Below are positions 9,701-18,544 of a stretch of DNA of 64,000 bases, piece by piece. Position numbers and translations under genes: made by a program. This DNA comes from Candidatus Latescibacterota bacterium. GTDB lineage: Bacteria > Latescibacterota > UBA2968 > GCA-2709665. The stretch spans positions 1,120,001 to 1,184,000 of the forward strand of contig OZ252100.1 of NCBI GenBank assembly GCA_965248435.1. Reading direction: 5' to 3'. Below the pieces are notes generated by a model that worked only from the letters and a program-made list of their open reading frames with translations, had not been told where the DNA came from and searched no databases. Positions within the stretch are counted from its first letter, which is position 1. Each line of letters starts with the position of its first letter.

Positions 9701-11087
9701 CACCACCCTGGTCGGCACAGGTAAGTTGGGCTTTTCCGGAGACGGTGGTCCGGCTGCCCAGGCCCAGCTCTTTTTTCCAGAAGCTGTCGCCTTAGACAAC
9801 AAGGGAAGCCTGTTGATTGCAGACCAAGGGAACAGTCGCATTCGAAAGGTGGTCCTTCGAACAAACACCATCACTACTGGAGCGGGCGGGGGTGTAGGCG
9901 ATGGACGGCCCGCATTACAGGCACAGCTTGGCTTTCCGAGGCACATCGTTCTGGATGACTTGGGCAATCTCTACATTGCAGACCGCAGCCATAACCGCAT
10001 TCGAAGAGTCGATGCGAAGACCGGACTCATCAGCACGATCGCAGGTACAGGTATTCGCGGATCTACGGGAGACGGTGGACCGGCCACAAGCGCCCTGATT
10101 GCATTTCCATTCGGCCTGGCCGTAGATCGTGCAGGAAACCTGTTTATTTCTGATTTCGAAAACGACCGCATCCGGAAGACCGATCTCAAGACAGGCATCA
10201 TCGCAACGGTTGCAGGAGCCGATACAGCAGGGTTTTCCGGGGACGGCGGGCAAGCTGTGCAAGCTCAACTCGACGATCCATTAGGCCTCGCTCTCGACAG
10301 TGCCGGCAACCTCTTCTTTGCAGATGCCGAGAACCACCGTGTCCGGCGTGTGGATACGAAAACCGGTGTGATTACCACCATTGCAGGCACGGACACGGAA
10401 GGACTCTCAGGAGATGGCGGTCCAGCGACAGCGGCGGCCTTGTTGCATCCCCGGGATGTGGCCGTGGACGCCGCAGATAACCTGTTTATCGCGGATACTT
10501 TCAACGACCGCATCCGGAAGGTCGATCTCAAGACAGGCATCATTACAACGGTTGCAGGAGCCGATACAGCAGGGTTTTCCGGAGACGGCGGGCCCGCTGT
10601 GGAGGCTACACTTAGTTTTCCATCATCCATTGCTCTGGATGCCAAAAGTAACCTGTTTATAGGCGACCTTGGCAACGACCGTATCCGGAAGGTCGATGCC
10701 AGCACGGGCATCATAAGCACGGTTGCCGGCAGCGGGACACGCGGATTTTCCGGGGACGGCGGGCCTGCTACCAAGGCGGCCTTTTTGGGGCTCTGGGGGG
10801 TAGCGATCACGCCTTCGGGAGACCTCCTGATCTCCGATGCCACCAATCATCGAATCCGTCGTGTAGCGGGCATCGCTGCGCCTACGACGCATGGGGATGC
10901 CGTGGTTAAGACTTCCGATTTCAACGGAGATGGAACGGTAAACTTTGAGGATTTCCTTGAATTTGCGCAGAATTTCAGCAAGAACCAGAGCGATCCGGAT
11001 TTCGACGCGACGTATGATCTAAACGACGACGGGGAGGTGAATTTCATGGACTTTTTCCAGTTTGCCCAGGCCTTCGGTCAGGCCTGA
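6792..11087 (+). CDS. Secreted NHL-repeat (beta-propeller) protein with C-terminal dockerin/EF-hand-like domain
   Basis: Signal-peptide-like N-terminus from ATG 6792; >20 repeats of ~56 aa (GNLYIADTFNHRIRKVD...ITTVAG...GFSGDGGPA); Pro-rich linker; DFNGDGTVNFEDF...DLNDDGEVNFMDF. Confidence 0.92.
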   Translation: MVTSVRILLVGFWISGFVLSVGAAPGDITTVAGGGVGDGRPATNAGLNVPSRPFLDAAGNLYIADTFNHRIRKVDRSGTITTVAGNGSAGFSGDGGPATRASLNRPFGVFVDESGNLYIADTDNHRIRKVDASGIITTVAGTLFFGFSGDGGPATRASLNSPNGVSADMAGNLYIAEFENHRIRKVDTSGTITTVAGDGTAAYFGDGGPATDASLGFPFDVFVDMSGNLYIADTGNNRVRKVDTSGTITTVAGNGTHTYFGDGGSATDASLAFPYGVFVDRSGNLYIADTFNNRIRKVDPSGTITTVAGSGDSFSPLADIGRAITFNLWAPRGIFGDGSGNLYIADTFNHRIRKVGPGGDISTVAGGGFVGDGSPATHAGLFGPQGIFVDGSGNLYIADRGNNRIRKIDGTGTITTVAGNGRIRFRGDGGPATSGRVWEPGGVFGDRSGNLYIADTFNDRIRKVDPSGTITTVAGNGNPTFSSEGGPAIGASLFGPSSVFVDRSGNLYIADTFNHRIRKVHPSGAITIITTVAGNGTRGFSGDGGPAIRASLTFPFDVFVDGLGILYIADKDNHRVRKVDASGTITTVAGNGIPSFSGDGGPATRASLVAPNSLFVDGSGNLFIADRGNNRIRRVEGIAAPPNLVVGVFEPPALVSSLPGLGPASPGVGPTLSGPLPILGPGLNDPQEAGTIRTIAGGDVGDGRGALEANLLFPNDVVTDQEGNLYISSGSNNRVRRVDALTGLISTVAGTGIRGFSGDGGSAVDAKLAFNVGLAIDSASNLFLADAANHRIRRVDAQTSIITTVAGTGEPGFSGDEGPAVNAQLLFPEDIAVDRAGNLFIADRSNHRVRMVDSSTGQIVTVAGNGAPGFAGDGGHALAAQIEVPERIAVDNSGNLYVSTGSRIRRIDAKTGTVTTVAGTTTGFSGDGGPATEAQFSDSQRIAIDAQGNIFVADQGNHRIRKVDAQSGIVTTLVGTGKLGFSGDGGPAAQAQLFFPEAVALDNKGSLLIADQGNSRIRKVVLRTNTITTGAGGGVGDGRPALQAQLGFPRHIVLDDLGNLYIADRSHNRIRRVDAKTGLISTIAGTGIRGSTGDGGPATSALIAFPFGLAVDRAGNLFISDFENDRIRKTDLKTGIIATVAGADTAGFSGDGGQAVQAQLDDPLGLALDSAGNLFFADAENHRVRRVDTKTGVITTIAGTDTEGLSGDGGPATAAALLHPRDVAVDAADNLFIADTFNDRIRKVDLKTGIITTVAGADTAGFSGDGGPAVEATLSFPSSIALDAKSNLFIGDLGNDRIRKVDASTGIISTVAGSGTRGFSGDGGPATKAAFLGLWGVAITPSGDLLISDATNHRIRRVAGIAAPTTHGDAVVKTSDFNGDGTVNFEDFLEFAQNFSKNQSDPDFDATYDLNDDGEVNFMDFFQFAQAFGQA

Positions 11088-11096
11088 GCAAGGACC

Positions 11097-11175
11097 AGCC
11101 CTGCTGGAATGGATCCAACAGGGCTTCTATCGTCATCAGGTGTTTGCGAGTTCTTTGGTGACCCCGAGGGGAGTC
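11097..11175. repeat. att-like site C: hairpin (11097-11125) plus 20-bp exact copy of tRNA-Glu 3' end (11156-11175)
   Basis: tggtgaccccgaggggagtc is identical to 12953-12972; stem agccctg/cagggct. Confidence 0.85.
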
Positions 11176-11422
11176 CACCGGTATGCAACGCTTGTGATAG
11201 CTCGAAATCCAGCTCTATTGCTGATGGAGCTGCGTGACGCAGCTTAGTCTGGCACCGCCTGATCCGACGTCACTTCAATTCCAGCAATCCCCTCCATAAG
11301 CATCTCTTGGCCGCCGTTCCTCGCCGTCGTATCTTGGGTTGCGATGTGCACCTATGTCACCATCCATAAGACACATTTGCTATCCACTGCTCTTCGCGGA
11401 AAACCAAAGGACGAGCCCAGCC

Positions 11423-12508
11423 ATGGACGAAAACCCTACGGTCAGCACCGTATTCGAGATCGAGCCGCCGGATCCACCCAACGACGGCATCATGTTCGTA
11501 GACCACGCCCGATCGGGCCGTAGTGGCCACCTGGGCCACGCGCTCGTTGAATATGCACCGGGGAAAATCCTGGCGTTCTACTCCAACTGCTCGGATAGGA
11601 ACGACGGACACACGGGGGACGGGTGGATGGAATACCGGCGTTCCGAAGACGGGGGACGAACCTGGAGCGCCGGCGAAGTGCTTGCCTACTCCAAGGCGGT
11701 CTACGACAGGAACGCTGGAAAGTCCGTCATGTGTGAGAATGCCGTGCGAGCCGACGACGGGGCGGTCGTCCTGTTCAACCTGGAGTGCGGGAACACGGCC
11801 GAAGAGAAGTGGGCGTGGGCGCCGCTGGACGTTCCCACGTGTCTTCGCAGTACGGATGACGGCCGTACGTGGGGACCTGCGGAACCGATGGGCGATCAAC
11901 CCGGCCGCATCTGGGATGCGATGGTTCACGACGGCAGCATCCTGGTTCTCGAGCTGTGCAACGACAGCTCGATCCAATGGTACGGCAACCTTCCCGAGCA
12001 CTTCTACGGGCTCTATGCAAGCACCGATCACGGGCGCAGCTTCGCCCTGCGGAGCAAGCTGCCGCTCGAGATCCAGTGTCGGGGCTACGGCGCCCTGTCG
12101 ATTCTCCAAGACGGCGGACTGATCGCCTACGTCTACAACATGGCCGACGAAAAACACCTGGACTACGTCATCAGTCACGACGGCGGCTACACCTGGAGCG
12201 ACGTGCAAACCGCGTTTTTTGAGAAGCAGATTCGAAATCCGCAGATGGCCCGCTTCAAAGGCGGATACGTCCTTCACGGACGGAGCGGAGCCCAGGGAGA
12301 AGGGAGCGGACATTTCGTACTGTATACGTCGGACGACGGCATCCACTGGGACTCGGGACGCTACCTGCGGATGCAGGAGGCGCGCGCCGGCGCATACTCG
12401 AACAATTTACGCGTGCACAGCCCCGATGCACCGGAACGCCTGCTGATCCAGGCTTCCCACGCGTACGAAGGATATATGACGAACATCCTGCACTGGTGGC
12501 TGACTTAG
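11423..12508 (+). CDS. BNR/Asp-box (sialidase-like) protein
   Basis: Five Asp boxes: SEDGGRTW, STDDGRTW, STDHGRSF, SHDGGYTW, SDDGIHW. Confidence 0.85.
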   Translation: MDENPTVSTVFEIEPPDPPNDGIMFVDHARSGRSGHLGHALVEYAPGKILAFYSNCSDRNDGHTGDGWMEYRRSEDGGRTWSAGEVLAYSKAVYDRNAGKSVMCENAVRADDGAVVLFNLECGNTAEEKWAWAPLDVPTCLRSTDDGRTWGPAEPMGDQPGRIWDAMVHDGSILVLELCNDSSIQWYGNLPEHFYGLYASTDHGRSFALRSKLPLEIQCRGYGALSILQDGGLIAYVYNMADEKHLDYVISHDGGYTWSDVQTAFFEKQIRNPQMARFKGGYVLHGRSGAQGEGSGHFVLYTSDDGIHWDSGRYLRMQEARAGAYSNNLRVHSPDAPERLLIQASHAYEGYMTNILHWWLT

Positions 12509-12570
12509 TGGAAGGTCCCACGGGCCTCAGATTTCGCCAGGTCACATGACTCTCGGAGGTCCGATGACTC

Positions 12571-12871
12571 ATCAAATTCACCGACAGCGGCAGCGTGACG
12601 GTGAATGCGGCCACCGAGGACTGGCAACGTCATCGCCGTGTCCGATACCGGCAAGGGCATCCCCTCAGACGAACCACCCACCATCTTCGACGAATACCGT
12701 CAGGCCGAAGGGTCCGAGAGCAGCGTGCAGAAGGGCACCGGGCTGGGGCTGTCGATTACGAAGAAATTCGCGGAGCTGCTGGGCGGGACGATCGGCGTGG
12801 TGAGCGAAGTGGGCAAGGGCAGCACGTTTACGGTGCGGGTGCCGGTTGAGTATGGCGACGGACAATCCTGA
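12571..12871 (+). pseudogene. Histidine kinase HATPase_c fragment, 5'-truncated and frameshifted
   Basis: IKFTDSGSVTVNA in one frame, then VSDTGKGI...GTGLGLSITKKFAELLGGTIGVVSEVGKGSTFTV in another; no H-box or start. Confidence 0.85.
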
Positions 12872-12903
12872 CCGCTGACCTCTGTCTTCTGCTCTCTAAT
12901 CAC

Positions 12904-12940
12904 AAAGGCGCCCCTTCGGTCTGGCCGAAAGGGCGCCTTT
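12904..12940. terminator. Intrinsic terminator-like hairpin downstream of tRNA-Glu (possibly bidirectional)
   Basis: aaaggcgccc...gggcgccttt inverted repeat with A/T-rich ends. Confidence 0.7.
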
Positions 12941-12952
12941 CATTGTCAAAAA

Positions 12953-13027
12953 TGGTGACCCCGAGGGGAGTCGAACCCCCGTTGCCGGATTGAAAGCCCG
13001 GTGTCCTAACCGCTGAACGACGGGGTC
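12953..13027 (-). tRNA. tRNA-Glu(UUC)
   Basis: Reverse complement GACCCCG...CCGGG CT TTC AA TCCGG...GGTTCGACTCC...CGGGGTC A CCA; 75 nt cloverleaf. Confidence 0.95.
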
Positions 13028-13276
13028 ACCTTCCTCTTTTGACAACACTGGCGAATATATTCAAATCCCTCAGTTGAAGCAAGTTCTATTGGCTTGAATG
13101 GGAGCCATTTACGGTTCGAGGGGCGCCGATCGGGTATGAACAAGGTGCTTGACTTTCCCTGGCTCTTTATGTTTATTTAATGCCCCAAATTGACCAGGAA
13201 CCGCATTGTATCAGACCTTAAAAAGCCAATGGCCGGAGGAAACTTATTGAAGTTGCCTCTCAGATTGCCTCCATTT

Positions 13277-13350
13277 GGGCGATTAGCTCAGTTGGTTAGA
13301 GCGCTGGTCTCACATACCAGAGGTCACTGGTTCGAATCCGGTATCGCCCA
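13277..13350 (+). tRNA. tRNA-Val(CAC), CCA not encoded
   Basis: GGGCGAT TAGCTCAG...CTGGT CT CAC AT ACCAG...GGTTCGAATCC...ATCGCCC A. Confidence 0.95.
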
Positions 13351-13509
13351 TTCTTCAAAGCCTACCGACCCGCACCAGTCACGCAGGGTGGACTCGGGCG
13401 GTGAGAAAACGGAAGAGATGATCGAGTTTAGAAGGGTGCATCGAGAATCGATGCGCCCTTCTTTTTTGCCTTCCTGACAGAGGTTGTTCTTCCAAGGAGC
13501 GGAGCAGGA

Positions 13510-14229
13510 ATGAAAGAAAACTTGACGCTGTTGTTGAACCTACAGGAGATCGACACTGAGATCGACGTGCTGAGAAGATCCCAGGATGACTACCCGACAG
13601 AGATCGCAGAGCTCCAGGGTGAACTGGATCGGGCAAAACACCGGTTGGACGCAAAAGTCCAGAAGGAAGGTGGGCTCGAGAAGAATCAGCGCCTCATGGA
13701 ACAGGAACTTGAGGCCCTTAACCTTGACTTGAAGAAACACCAGGACCGCCTGTATGAAGTCAAGTCCAACAAGGAATACGATGCCCTTCAGCATGAAATA
13801 GAGGCACTGAGAGGCCGCGTAGAAGAGACCGAGACGGCCATCCTCGAATCCATCGAAGCAGCGGATGCGCTGAAAGAAAAATTGAAGGATGAGCGGCAGC
13901 TCTTCAAGGATTTGGAGAACGAAAAGCAGGAAAGGATTACGTCCCTTCAATCCCAGCTGGATTCCCTGGACGAGGACGTGAGGGGACGGGAGGAAAAAAG
14001 GGATGGCTTGGCGTCTCAGATCGATAAGAAACCGCTCTCCATCTATACACGCATCCGGAGAGTCGTGAAGGGCGGCGTTGCGGCCGTTCCGCTCGAGAAG
14101 GGTTCTTGCGGAGGGTGCTTCCGACGGATGCCGCCCCAGCGAATGGTCGAAATCCGAAGGCGGGATCAAGTCATTCGCTGCGAAAACTGTGGGCGATTGC
14201 TCGTGTGGAGAGAAGAGGTGAGTGCGTGA
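13510..14229 (+). CDS. Coiled-coil protein with C4 zinc ribbon (DUF164-type)
   Basis: Long coiled coil, NKEYDAL motif, CGGC...CENCGRLL. Confidence 0.9.
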   Translation: MKENLTLLLNLQEIDTEIDVLRRSQDDYPTEIAELQGELDRAKHRLDAKVQKEGGLEKNQRLMEQELEALNLDLKKHQDRLYEVKSNKEYDALQHEIEALRGRVEETETAILESIEAADALKEKLKDERQLFKDLENEKQERITSLQSQLDSLDEDVRGREEKRDGLASQIDKKPLSIYTRIRRVVKGGVAAVPLEKGSCGGCFRRMPPQRMVEIRRRDQVIRCENCGRLLVWREEVSA

Positions 14230-14660
14230 GCAGTCAGGTCACGCTCTATGTGGATGGGGCCTCCAAAGGAAACCCTGGCCGGTCCGGAATTGGTGTGCGA
14301 ATCGAATCAAACGGCGAGCTGATCCTGGAATCTTCAGACTACATCGGCGAGACCACGAACAACTCCGCAGAATACCAGGCACTGATTCGCGGTCTTGAGA
14401 TGGCAAAGGAAGTCGGTGCAAGTCTCGTCGACGTCGTGTCCGACAGCGAGCTTATGGTAAAACAGTTGAATGGCCTCTATAGAGTTAAGACCCAGTCGCT
14501 TAAGCCACTATATGATAAGGCGATAAAACTGTCTGGCGGGTTTGATGGGTTCCGGATTCGGCACGTTGATCGATCGAAGAACCAGGAGGCCGACAGGCTG
14601 GCGAACGAGGGAATTCTAAAGGCAGCATTGGCGAGTGGGCCGGATGGTCGCGCCCGATAG
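14226..14660 (+). CDS. rnhA: Ribonuclease HI (RnhA/YpdQ-type)
   Basis: YVDGASKGNPG, TNNSAEY, SDSELMVKQ, NQEADRLAN; GTG start overlaps the upstream stop. Confidence 0.9.
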   Translation: MSSQVTLYVDGASKGNPGRSGIGVRIESNGELILESSDYIGETTNNSAEYQALIRGLEMAKEVGASLVDVVSDSELMVKQLNGLYRVKTQSLKPLYDKAIKLSGGFDGFRIRHVDRSKNQEADRLANEGILKAALASGPDGRAR

Positions 14661-15009
14661 GGTGAGGAAAGTCCGAGCTCCGAAGGGCAGGATGCTGGGT
14701 AACGCCCAGGCGGGGTAACCCGACGGAAAGTGCCACAGAGAATAGACCGCCAGCGAGCGGGACCGCAAGTCTCGCAGCGGGCAAGGGTGAAACGGCGGGG
14801 TAAGAGCCCACCGCGCCTCCCGGTGACGGGGGCGGCACGGCAAACCCCATCTGAAGCAAGGCCAAATAGGAGCGGAGAGGTGGCCCGCCTCGCTACAACG
14901 CTCGGGTTGGCCGCGTGAGGCATCGGGTAACCGATGCCCCAGATAAATGACCATCCATTCGGTCCTCATCCGGACCGAGGGACAGAACTCGGCTTACAGG
15001 CCCACTCGC
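14631..15009 (+). ncRNA. rnpB: RNase P RNA (type A)
   Basis: P1 helix gcgagtgggc/gcccactcgc; GAGGAAAGUCC, GGAAAGUGCCACAGA, GGGUGAAACGG, GGCAAACCCC and ACAGAACUCGGCUUA landmarks. Confidence 0.96.
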
Positions 15010-15074
15010 TTTTCAAACCGGCGGACTCCCCCATTCGGAATCCGCCGTTTTAACAACCGTGCGCAAGGAACACG

Positions 15075-15905
15075 ATGGGATTTCACGAAAAATACAGTCG
15101 ATCTGCTGACAAAAACAGGAGCCTGGTCTGTGTCGGACTGGATCCCGATCCCAAGAGGCTTCCAGAACACCTTGAAGGGAAATCCGACGCCGTCCTGACC
15201 TTTCTGCGGGATATCGTTCTCGCTACGCAGGATCTGGTCTGCGCCTACAAGCCGAACTTCGCCTTCTACGGTGCCATGGGCGTGAGCGGATGGGAAACCC
15301 TCATTGGTGTAGTGGAAACGATCCCAGACGACATCCCAGTCATCCTTGATTACAAGGCGGGAGACATATCCAACACGGCATCCCGGTACGCGGCCATGGC
15401 CTATGAGCAGCTGAAAGTAGATGCTGTGACCGTGAACCCCCTTCTCGGCCGCGATTCGGTGATGCCCTTCCTGGATTACAAAGATCGGTGTGCCTTCCTG
15501 CTCTGTCTGACTTCGAACCCCGGCTCTGCCGACCTTCAACGCCTATCCGCCGATGGAAAGCCCCTCTACGAGACCCTGGCCTGCAAGGCCGTCTCGTGGT
15601 CGGCCGACGGCCCCTGCGGCCTCGTGGTCGGTGCGACCCACCCGGATGAAATGAGAAAGGTCCGGGACATCGCGCCCAACCTTCCCATCCTCGTACCCGG
15701 TATCGGTGCCCAGGGGGGGGAGACAGAGAACGTGATCATCAACGGGCAGGACGCATCTGGCAGAGGACTCCTCATAAACGCCTCCCGCAGTATCTTATAT
15801 GCCTCAGGGGGTCTGGACTTCGCCGACACGGCGAGAGAGGTCACAGAATCCCTGAGACAGCGGATAGAAGCGACCCGTGTTGCAGACTGCACCGAAGCCA
15901 CCTAG
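15075..15905 (+). CDS. pyrF: Orotidine-5'-phosphate decarboxylase
   Basis: LVCVGLDPD, YKPNFAFY, DYKAGDISNT, LVVGAT, PGIGAQGG, NASRSILYA. Confidence 0.95.
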   Translation: MGFHEKYSRSADKNRSLVCVGLDPDPKRLPEHLEGKSDAVLTFLRDIVLATQDLVCAYKPNFAFYGAMGVSGWETLIGVVETIPDDIPVILDYKAGDISNTASRYAAMAYEQLKVDAVTVNPLLGRDSVMPFLDYKDRCAFLLCLTSNPGSADLQRLSADGKPLYETLACKAVSWSADGPCGLVVGATHPDEMRKVRDIAPNLPILVPGIGAQGGETENVIINGQDASGRGLLINASRSILYASGGLDFADTAREVTESLRQRIEATRVADCTEAT

Positions 15906-15907
15906 AG

Positions 15908-16282
15908 CTACACCTCCCTCACCGGCGTCGGCCTTCCCTCATCGTTCAGGGCAACGTAGACGGCCCGGGCCTGAGTCACCCGGACCCGCCCACTTCCGTC
16001 AGTCCGATCCGCCTCCACATCTATCGAGACCGTAACCGACGTTCGTCCAACGCTCTGCAGCTGCGTGTAGAAAGAGACCACGTCACCCACGAACACGGGC
16101 GCGACGAATTCGATCTTGTCGATCGCCACGGTCACGACGCGATGGGCCGTATGCTTGCGCGCTTCGATCGCACCGGCGATGTCCAGGTGACTCATGATCA
16201 CGCCCCCGAACACGACGCCGTAAGCGTTCGTATCTTTCGGCAGCAGGACCACCCGGATTGTCGGACTGAGTTCTTCGGTCAT
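15908..16282 (-). CDS. Acyl-CoA thioesterase (hot-dog fold, YciA-like)
   Basis: [33 protein letters not shown]. Confidence 0.9.
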   Translation of the reverse strand: MTEELSPTIRVVLLPKDTNAYGVVFGGVIMSHLDIAGAIEARKHTAHRVVTVAIDKIEFVAPVFVGDVVSFYTQLQSVGRTSVTVSIDVEADRTDGSGRVRVTQARAVYVALNDEGRPTPVREV

Positions 16283-16399
16283 TTTCTTTCCTCATAAAGT
16301 TTCTGGTTTCTAGTTTCTAGTTCATATTAACACGGCTGTGAGTTCGCATACCGCTTTGTCTTTCAACTCGAAATCCGAAACCCGCGACTCGAAACTGTC

Positions 16400-18544
16400 T
16401 CATTTAAAATAGCGCTTCAGCAGCCGACCTGCCTCCCCCGCTTCGACGCCCTGCGCCTTCAAGGATTGCAGCCTCTCAAACGCTTCCGCATCCCGACCGA
16501 ATCTTCTGACGGCCGCGATGTAAGCGGAATCCGACTGAGCGTAGTCTTTGTTCACCAGGTAAAACAGTGCAAGGTCGAAATGCGCGCTGCTCAGGTCTGG
16601 GTTCAGCGCGACGGCTTCCTTTGCCTCCAAAATGGCCTCTACAAAATACCCGGCCTGGAAATATTCGCGTCCCAGACTTTGTCTGATCTCTGCCAGGTCC
16701 ATCGTGGGCCGCGAGTGCATCGAAGTGAGTAGCCTCTCGATAATCACCTGTGCCTCCTCCACGCTTCCCGATCTCAAGTATGCACGGCCCAGCTTATACA
16801 CAACAGGGAGATAGTCCGGCGCCAATTCAGCTGCCAATCCATACTCCCTGATCGCTTGATCGTTCAGACCGAGCTGGAAGTGAATGTCGCCCATGGTCTC
16901 CCGGGCCAGCGGCTGCCCGTATAGCTGGTCTGAAAACAGGTGCGTGACCCGCTCATTCCAGGATGGCACTGAACGTTGCTCTCCTTTTGGCGCTGCTTGA
17001 GTGCGTTCGTAGACCGATACCGTTCCGAAATCTCTGGCCAAACGATAGACTGGGATATGCCCCGCTCTCAGGTATCTATAAAAATAGTGTGAATCAAGGA
17101 ATAGATCCTTGCCCAGCTGGGTCCGGCTAGTATCACCCAGATCACTATAATGGCTCGCCGTGGCCTCCCGAACCACAAGCAGATCTGGTTTCAGATGGTT
17201 CACCATTGGATAACTCTGCCCGATCGCAGTCGGTACCGCCTTGAGAAATTTGGGTGGAACGTAGGCATAGGCGTCGTAAAGGACCGACCTCTCCGGTGGA
17301 AAGGTCGCCTCGATCCACTTGCCAGCCGAAATTTCATGGCTGAGTTTCTCCCGCTTCCACCTCCCACGGAAAAAGCTTGCATCTCCGGCAAGGGGCTCCC
17401 ACAGAAGCAGCGCGAGAAACAGGGGGAGCAGAACCTGGAGGACCGGAATCCTTTCTGACAGCCGAGCCCGGGTCCACATCATGCTTCGGTGGACCAAATC
17501 GGATACAAAGAGCAGCGCGACTGGCAGGATTGGAAGCAAGTACCTTGTTCGCCTCACGTTGATTTCAAGAACGAGATACGAAAGCACGACACCGATCCAG
17601 ACTAGCAAGATCCCACGATCCATCGGAAGTTTGCGACGACTCAACGAATAGCTCGCAGCGCCCAGGGCACAGACAAAAATCAGCAGGCCGACCCTTCCCA
17701 ATATCCCGGCAAGTGCCCCGACCCACATTATCCCTCTGTCGTCTTCGCGGACAACGTGACCGGTTTCCATGATCTCTTTGAAGGCTGACAGACTGCCCGT
17801 GAATTCCCCAAACCGGACGACAGCGTAAGGAGTCGTAAAGGCAAAGACAAGCGCAAAAACGCATGGGACGATCAGCAGAGCCCTCAAGAAGCCCCAATCG
17901 TTTATCTGTTGGGCCACGCCTCCCGGTCGCGAGGCAGATGCCGCCAACGCGATAACCGGGAGCAGGAAGATCCCGATGTATTTGGTCCCGAATGCGAGTC
18001 CCGCGAACAGTGAGGCGAGCAGGATCCATCTCAACCTGAATTCGTTCGCCAGTCGACAGCACGCGAGAAGCGCGCACAGTACCCAGAACAACTGGGGAAG
18101 ATCGGGATGGGACTCTACCGACCAGCGTATGAAAACGGGCATTACAGCCAGCAGGACGCAGGCGATGGATGCCGCCACCGGATTGAACACCCGGAGACCG
18201 ATCCGATAGGTCATCCAAAGACACCCCAATCCGGCCAGCGTACAGAACCCACGAAGCGTGACGACGATCATTCGTTCGGAAACGTCTCCCAACGCACCAA
18301 GAAATTTCAGGGCGACCATCGGCAGGTAGTAGAAGAGCCCACCATATTTGTACGTGCCAGGATCGAGCGTTTCCCCCCGGTAGAGGTGACGCACAACCGT
18401 TGCGGCCCCAAACTCATCCAGGGAGTAAACACCGGCCATTCGGAGATCGTCTGCCGCTACGGAGAGCAAGGGAAGCGTGAAGGCAATGTAGAAGAGCCCG
18501 CAGAGTACCGCGCAGAGGGACGGCCATTCTCTAACGGCTCGCAT
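16400..18544 (-). CDS. GT-C (ArnT/PMT_2-like) glycosyltransferase with C-terminal TPRs, paralogue 3
   Basis: About a dozen TM segments, YSLDE, HPDLPQL, FGTKY, YAYVP motifs; TPR-like tail. Start taken at MRAVRE. Confidence 0.8.
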   Translation of the reverse strand: MRAVREWPSLCAVLCGLFYIAFTLPLLSVAADDLRMAGVYSLDEFGAATVVRHLYRGETLDPGTYKYGGLFYYLPMVALKFLGALGDVSERMIVVTLRGFCTLAGLGCLWMTYRIGLRVFNPVAASIACVLLAVMPVFIRWSVESHPDLPQLFWVLCALLACCRLANEFRLRWILLASLFAGLAFGTKYIGIFLLPVIALAASASRPGGVAQQINDWGFLRALLIVPCVFALVFAFTTPYAVVRFGEFTGSLSAFKEIMETGHVVREDDRGIMWVGALAGILGRVGLLIFVCALGAASYSLSRRKLPMDRGILLVWIGVVLSYLVLEINVRRTRYLLPILPVALLFVSDLVHRSMMWTRARLSERIPVLQVLLPLFLALLLWEPLAGDASFFRGRWKREKLSHEISAGKWIEATFPPERSVLYDAYAYVPPKFLKAVPTAIGQSYPMVNHLKPDLLVVREATASHYSDLGDTSRTQLGKDLFLDSHYFYRYLRAGHIPVYRLARDFGTVSVYERTQAAPKGEQRSVPSWNERVTHLFSDQLYGQPLARETMGDIHFQLGLNDQAIREYGLAAELAPDYLPVVYKLGRAYLRSGSVEEAQVIIERLLTSMHSRPTMDLAEIRQSLGREYFQAGYFVEAILEAKEAVALNPDLSSAHFDLALFYLVNKDYAQSDSAYIAAVRRFGRDAEAFERLQSLKAQGVEAGEAGRLLKRYFK

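Noticed and set aside
830-11175. Integron attC sites
   Set aside because: No RYYYAAC/GTTRRRY boxes or IntI were seen; the cores match tRNA-Glu instead.
14477-14969. ORFs overlapping rnpB
   Set aside because: Explained by the RNase P RNA.
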